From: the human T2T-CHM13v2.0 reference genome, Homo sapiens
Length of the DNA stretch: 64,000 bases
NCBI RefSeq assembly: GCF_009914755.1
Contig: NC_060933.1
Strand: one strand, 5' to 3'
Of the stretch, positions 62,672 through 64,000 are shown one piece after another. A program made the position numbers and the translations under genes. Under the pieces are notes generated by a model. It did not search any database, was not told the DNA's origin, and saw nothing but the letters and a program-made list of their open reading frames with translations. Each line of letters opens with the position of its first letter. Positions within the stretch are counted from its first letter, which is position 1.

Positions 62672-62706
62672 TGTGTGTGTGTGAGTGTGTGTGTGTGTGA
62701 GTGTGT
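62672..62706. repeat. (TG)n microsatellite, interrupted
   Basis: tgtgtgtgtgtgagtgtgtgtgtgtgtgagtgtgt. Confidence 0.92.
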
Positions 62707-63684
62707 ACATTCACACTTACACATACATTTCCGGTTGGTGCTATATAGGTGTTTTATACTGTTTTTAGAACTTTATTTATTTTGTATATTACCACATTGA
62801 AGCTCTTTTCTTACAATCAGAGACAAGGAAAAAAGGAAAGAAAAAGTGCCTAAAGGCATCTATATTTCATTTTGACATTTTCCTTTTTAATGTCATAACA
62901 TATAAAAATGTAAAGTGAATTAAAAAGATATCAAGCAAAGAAAAAAGCTGATGAAATTATTAAACCAAATAGTCAAGAAAAGGCAAAGGCCTAACTTGTT
63001 TACATGCATACCTCCTGATTATAAGACCAATACACAGGCAAGCTTGACTGCCTCTTAAAGCTAGTTTTTGCTGCATTATTAACTGTTTCTCTAGCACATA
63101 TCAAATTCAACATTTTACCCAAGCTCATTAGTTGAAAGACTAAATATGGAGCCTTTGGTTCTCTCCTAAAAGGGCCTCATTACTATGACTAAAGTTTAAA
63201 AAGAGTATCATTACTAAGCCTGCAAAAATGGTCATGCCAATAATGAGATGGAAAAATCCAGACATGCGGTGCTTTCTAAAGAAATAATAATTTTTTAAAA
63301 GGGTAATTCCCTGATGTCAAGGCTTGGCCATTTTTAACCTCCACAAGCTATTTAAAAGATCAGACTTTTGATCCTAAATCAAGAAATCCAGTTTAGACCC
63401 TTGCAATTTTGCTGCCTTGGGTCACTAAAACATAGGCTGTAGCTATCCTGGAATTCCAAGAAATTCACAAGTATAGAGCACTTGGTCCTAAGAGATGTTG
63501 GCAGACCTTTGTAAAATAAGGATGAAAGCAACTTCATCCCAATATCTCTTATGGTACCCTTTGGTAGAGACAAAGTCTACCAGGACTGTTCTGGGCTGAA
63601 AACTCTAAAAATTATTTCAAACTGATGGTATTTCCTTTTTCTTAATAATACACGTATCACATTTTTTCTCATCTTTCTGTAACA

Positions 63685-63852
63685 ATTTTTCTCCTCTTTC
63701 CCCTCCTTCCTCTCCTCCTCCTCTTTTTTCACCTTTTGCTTCTTCCTTCTCTTCATCTCCCTCATCCTTCTCCTCCTTTTCCTGCTCCTCCTCCCTTTTC
63801 TTCATCTTCTTTTTATGTCTTCTTACTTGTTTTTATTACTTTCTTCTTCATC
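63685..63852. repeat. Pyrimidine-rich (TCC/TTC)n low-complexity tract
   Basis: ctcctctttcccctccttcctctcctcctcctc...tcttccttctcttcatctccctcatccttctcctcc. Confidence 0.85.
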
Positions 63853-64000
63853 AGAAAACTAGCTTCTAACTGACTCAAATATGTTTCAGGAAGTAGTGCT
63901 GGTTTTCAACAAAAGAGTTATTATGATGTCACCATTTTCATTATGTTAACAGACATATATTGAATATCAACTATGGCCAATAACTAGGCATACCATTTTC

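Noticed and set aside
63577-63805. Glu/Lys-rich ORFs resembling acidic or basic protein tails
   Set aside because: Translation of a CT-rich low-complexity tract; no splice or domain evidence

Overview
AT-rich, repeat-dense primate (human or great-ape) genomic DNA. I found no intact protein-coding gene, RNA gene or CRISPR array, and nearly every ORF in the track is a retroelement remnant or low-complexity noise. The main feature is a complete two-LTR HERV-H provirus on the minus strand (2251-8004). It has 453-bp LTR7 LTRs differing at about 11 positions, a tRNA-His primer binding site, a polypurine tract, an intact major splice donor, a 5-bp target-site duplication (TSD) GTGAG, and defective gag/pro/pol with most of env deleted. 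It sits, together with an Alu, inside an older MER4-group solo LTR. The rest is layered LINE-1 of many ages (two twin-primed inverted insertions, and a near full-length L1PB1 with about 170 bp of unexplained sequence at its 5' end), seven Alus, MaLR/ERVL LTRs, hAT DNA transposons, MIR/L2 relics and microsatellites. I do not see a wholly new biological system. The best leads are the LTR7up-like HERV-H as a possible pluripotency promoter, the candidate L1 5' transduction, and a CpG-retaining unique segment near 51.5 kb. Subfamily names come from remembered consensus sequences, and boundaries of old repeats are approximate.
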